A stretch of DNA of 36,820 nt. Source: Fibrobacterota bacterium. Its GTDB lineage: Bacteria; Fibrobacterota; Fibrobacteria; UBA11236. Within the stretch, counting starts at the first letter, position 1, and the number at the start of each line of letters is the position of its first letter. The position numbers were made by a program, and so were the translations under genes. The DNA lies in assembly GCA_043753995.1 (NCBI GenBank), contig JAYUVP010000145.1, positions 1 through 36,820 of the forward strand. Reading direction: 5' to 3'. Shown in pieces: positions 34,215 to 36,820 of this stretch. Under the pieces are notes generated by a model. It was given only the letters and a program-made list of their open reading frames with translations, made no database searches and was not told where the DNA came from.

Positions 34215-36820
34215 AGTCCTTTTTCAAATGGACCTTGGTCAGCTTTTTGATTTTGCTGACCTTGGCCATTCCCAGCCTTTATTTCGGCGGTCCCTGGGCC
34301 ATTGAAAAATTCCTTGGCCAAGAATTGTCTTTGGGCCAAGGTCGGCTGCGAGTTCTGCATCCTCGATTTACCTGGCGACTCGATTTAGCCGCCGACTCCT
34401 TGGATTTTCGTGCGCCCGGCTTGCACGTGGCCTCCGGCTTTGCCCGTGTCTCGGCCAATTTATTTCGTGGCCTTATCCATTTCGAACCGGCCATCACCGT
34501 TGATTTAGACACCGCGAAAGTCCTCACCCGGCCATCGGAAAAGGATTCCCTCCCTGCTAAGCCCGCGCGATCCCTCACCGAGCCTTTGCCTTGGCCTGAT
34601 TTTAAGTTGCCGGTGGCTTTACAAATTAGGGTCAAAAGCCTGACTTGGGGTGACACCACAGGGGCCATACTTTCAGTTCAGAAGGTGGAATTACAAAGTC
34701 TTGGCGCAAGGGCGATAGAAGGGGCTATCGGCCATTTGCAGGCCAAGAGCCTGGATACGCTCGCCTTTGCATTCGGCTTTCGCGCCGATTGGGCTGGCGA
34801 TAGAGTGCATGTTCAGTCGAAGCTAAGTCACCTGAAGGATACGGTAACTCTCAAATTACAGTCACCGAAATCCGATTTGCTCCGAGGCGATGCGGAGGCG
34901 ACTCTTTCGGTAGCGAGCTTGAGTCCTTATCAAAGCGCATTACACTTGCCATCGGACTTGCCGCAAGTTCAAGGTTTTCGAATGCAGGCCCAAGGTGGAC
35001 TAAGGCAAGGCCTTCGCCTTCACCTGAAGGCAGAAACCTCGCTTTCGGATTTCTCGCCAAAAGCTCCTTACCGGCTTACGACACAAAACCTTGTCTGGAC
35101 CTTATCCTTCGCAGATTCCCAAGGGCAATGGTCCTTAACCAGTCGCGGTCAAGCTGGAGAAAGAGTCGAGGCCAAGGGTTTAGTGCGTGCCACCGCCTTG
35201 GCGCCGGATTCCTTGCTTCATCTGGGCGCCTGGAAAAGCCATGGTCGAGCCGAGGCAACCTTACAAGCCGAAGGCATACCCCTGGTCGTGGCGGGAAAAA
35301 CCGTGATTGCCGAGGCACGCGTGAATGTGCATCGCTTGAGTTTAACCGAGGCGCATTTGGATTTGAGAACCGGAGACACTTCTTTTGTCGCTGCGGACTT
35401 GAGGCGTGTCGGCGATTTTTGGAATGGCGGGTTTTCCGCCAAGGTTGCCCCGCAGGAGCGCTGGATACGCGCCTTTGTCGACACGGCCGTCGCTTTTCGC
35501 GCACTGAGCGTAAGTGGAAGAGTGAAGCGAAATCAAGTCCAAGCCACCAGCTCGCTGGCCGGGCTCAATGCTTTCGGTCTTCAGGCCGATAGCCTGAAAT
35601 TGCACCACCGCTATGCTGCTGGCAAATACGCCTTATTGCCTTCCTTTTGGACCTTGGGGGACGTCACCTGGGAGTTACAGGGACAGGTGGATTTGTCGCG
35701 GCGCATCAAGCCAGTGGAATTCCATCTTCATCATCCCGAATTCGGCAGTCTCGATTTTAATCTTCCAACTAGCGGTCATTTTCTGGTGCGAACCGAAAAT
35801 TTATTCGTGCATCGCTTGCCTTATCGCGGTCTGGATACTTTGGCAAAACATCAACCACGGCTCAGCGGCCAGGCTGAATGGAATCGGCCACGCAAAAGCG
35901 GATCGGCACAACTCTCGGTCTTGGGTGATTTTTCCCAAAAAAATTTAGCGGGTCGGTTAGCTGCAGAATGGAATGCACAAGGTTTGCGAGTGGATACTTT
36001 GGCTATAAGCCTTGGTGCCTCGGTTTTGTCGGCGGGTGGACTTTATGATTTGCATGGACGCGATATAGTCGAATTGAAAACCCTGGCCATAGCCGACTTG
36101 CAATCCGCCTATTTGCAGGCCGCGGATTTCGATCTTGCCGAAGTGCTCAAGCTCGTACTTACGCCTTCTCCCATACTCGGAGGGCATTTGCATGGGCGAT
36201 TGTCGTATGAGAGAGAGGCTGGCTTGGGAGGTGAGTATCGCATCACGGGTTTGCGTTTGCTCGCTACGGATTCGTTGTTCACCCTGAAACACCTCACCTT
36301 GAGCGGCCATGGCGATTCCTTGGTATTGAGGGCGGTCACGACTTCTGAAAAGCAGGCCTTGCTCAATGACACTCTGAACCTCATTTGTACGGGGTTATTG
36401 GCAGGTGAGCAGCCCCTCAGCGCGCATTTGACCTTGGGTCCGGATTTGCGGTTGCAAGTGGATGGGCGCATGTTGGCCTTTCGCCGATTTCTTGGAACTT
36501 TGCGCCTAAACGGAAGCTTGGTCTTGCCAGGACAAGCCGGATCCCTGCGTGATTTACGGCTCGCCGCTTCGGTGGACGTCCCCTTTGTGAAGGCAATGGA
36601 GAACCTGATTCTTCGTGCCGATACGTTACAGGGAAGTTACCTCTTGGCGGGTATGGACGCGCAAAGCTTTTCCGCGCCATTGGAATTCAAGGCAGGCAAG
36701 GCCAGCATTCCCGATTTGCGACTGCGGACAAAGGCGGGAGAGGCGATGCGAGGGCATGCTGCCTATGATGTGGCGAGTAAATCTTGGCAGGCCATGCTTC
36801 AGGGAGATTCCCTGGCCTTG
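34211..36820 (+). CDS. Large N-anchored periplasmic beta-rich protein, TamB/AsmA-like (partial, runs off the window end)
   Basis: Not in the ORF track. I read the frame from 34211 to 36820 (870 codons) and found no stop: (L/M)KSFFKWTLVSFLILLTLAIPSLYFGG..., then amphipathic beta-strand sequence. Family inferred from architecture only; a diagnostic C-terminus would lie outside the window. Confidence 0.78.
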   Translation, partial: MKSFFKWTLVSFLILLTLAIPSLYFGGPWAIEKFLGQELSLGQGRLRVLHPRFTWRLDLAADSLDFRAPGLHVASGFARVSANLFRGLIHFEPAITVDLDTAKVLTRPSEKDSLPAKPARSLTEPLPWPDFKLPVALQIRVKSLTWGDTTGAILSVQKVELQSLGARAIEGAIGHLQAKSLDTLAFAFGFRADWAGDRVHVQSKLSHLKDTVTLKLQSPKSDLLRGDAEATLSVASLSPYQSALHLPSDLPQVQGFRMQAQGGLRQGLRLHLKAETSLSDFSPKAPYRLTTQNLVWTLSFADSQGQWSLTSRGQAGERVEAKGLVRATALAPDSLLHLGAWKSHGRAEATLQAEGIPLVVAGKTVIAEARVNVHRLSLTEAHLDLRTGDTSFVAADLRRVGDFWNGGFSAKVAPQERWIRAFVDTAVAFRALSVSGRVKRNQVQATSSLAGLNAFGLQADSLKLHHRYAAGKYALLPSFWTLGDVTWELQGQVDLSRRIKPVEFHLHHPEFGSLDFNLPTSGHFLVRTENLFVHRLPYRGLDTLAKHQPRLSGQAEWNRPRKSGSAQLSVLGDFSQKNLAGRLAAEWNAQGLRVDTLAISLGASVLSAGGLYDLHGRDIVELKTLAIADLQSAYLQAADFDLAEVLKLVLTPSPILGGHLHGRLSYEREAGLGGEYRITGLRLLATDSLFTLKHLTLSGHGDSLVLRAVTTSEKQALLNDTLNLICTGLLAGEQPLSAHLTLGPDLRLQVDGRMLAFRRFLGTLRLNGSLVLPGQAGSLRDLRLAASVDVPFVKAMENLILRADTLQGSYLLAGMDAQSFSAPLEFKAGKASIPDLRLRTKAGEAMRGHAAYDVASKSWQAMLQGDSLAL

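Noticed and set aside
34279..36680. Short ORFs listed in the track over the last 2.5 kb
   Set aside because: All are shadows of the continuous plus-strand frame starting at 34211.
1..36820. CRISPR arrays, tRNA/rRNA genes, IS elements, integrases or prophage genes
   Set aside because: No regularly spaced nucleotide repeats, structural RNA signatures or transposase/integrase/phage motifs were seen by eye. A small ncRNA in an intergenic gap cannot be excluded without an Infernal/Rfam search.

Overview
Bacterial chromosomal window, probably from a Fibrobacterota (FCB-group) organism. That placement is an inference from a TIGR02147/DUF4423 gene followed by a lipoprotein and from D-S/T-rich exported proteins. 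About 33 CDS were found and no rRNA, tRNA, CRISPR array or intact mobile element. Order: partial response regulator; long Lhr helicase; a divergent surface-protein locus (secreted beta-protein, Cys-hairpin-repeat lipoprotein | TIGR02147 regulator + lipoprotein, Asp-box propeller); YdeI-like gene; an AT-richer lipid-tailoring cluster (desaturase, Stf3-like sulfotransferase broken by one in-frame TGA, lipoprotein, membrane protein, atypical P450, SDR); trmL; His-less Hpt + Hpt-REC-GGDEF-REC; M23 peptidase; PhyH dioxygenase; bcp-ndh-YyaL-YggU; HU; mqnA; hydrolase; pseudokinase-Rieske-ECF sigma/anti-sigma; transaldolase; and an unlisted TamB/AsmA-like ORF of at least 870 codons running off the end. 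The best leads are the candidate sulfolipid-tailoring cluster, seven genes with a leaderless-type -10 box 6-7 nt before the ATG, the TIGR02147 module with a duplicated 19-bp operator-like site, and strong enrichment of Bacteroidetes-type O-glycosylation motifs in exported proteins. All family calls come from motif recognition by eye; no searches were run.
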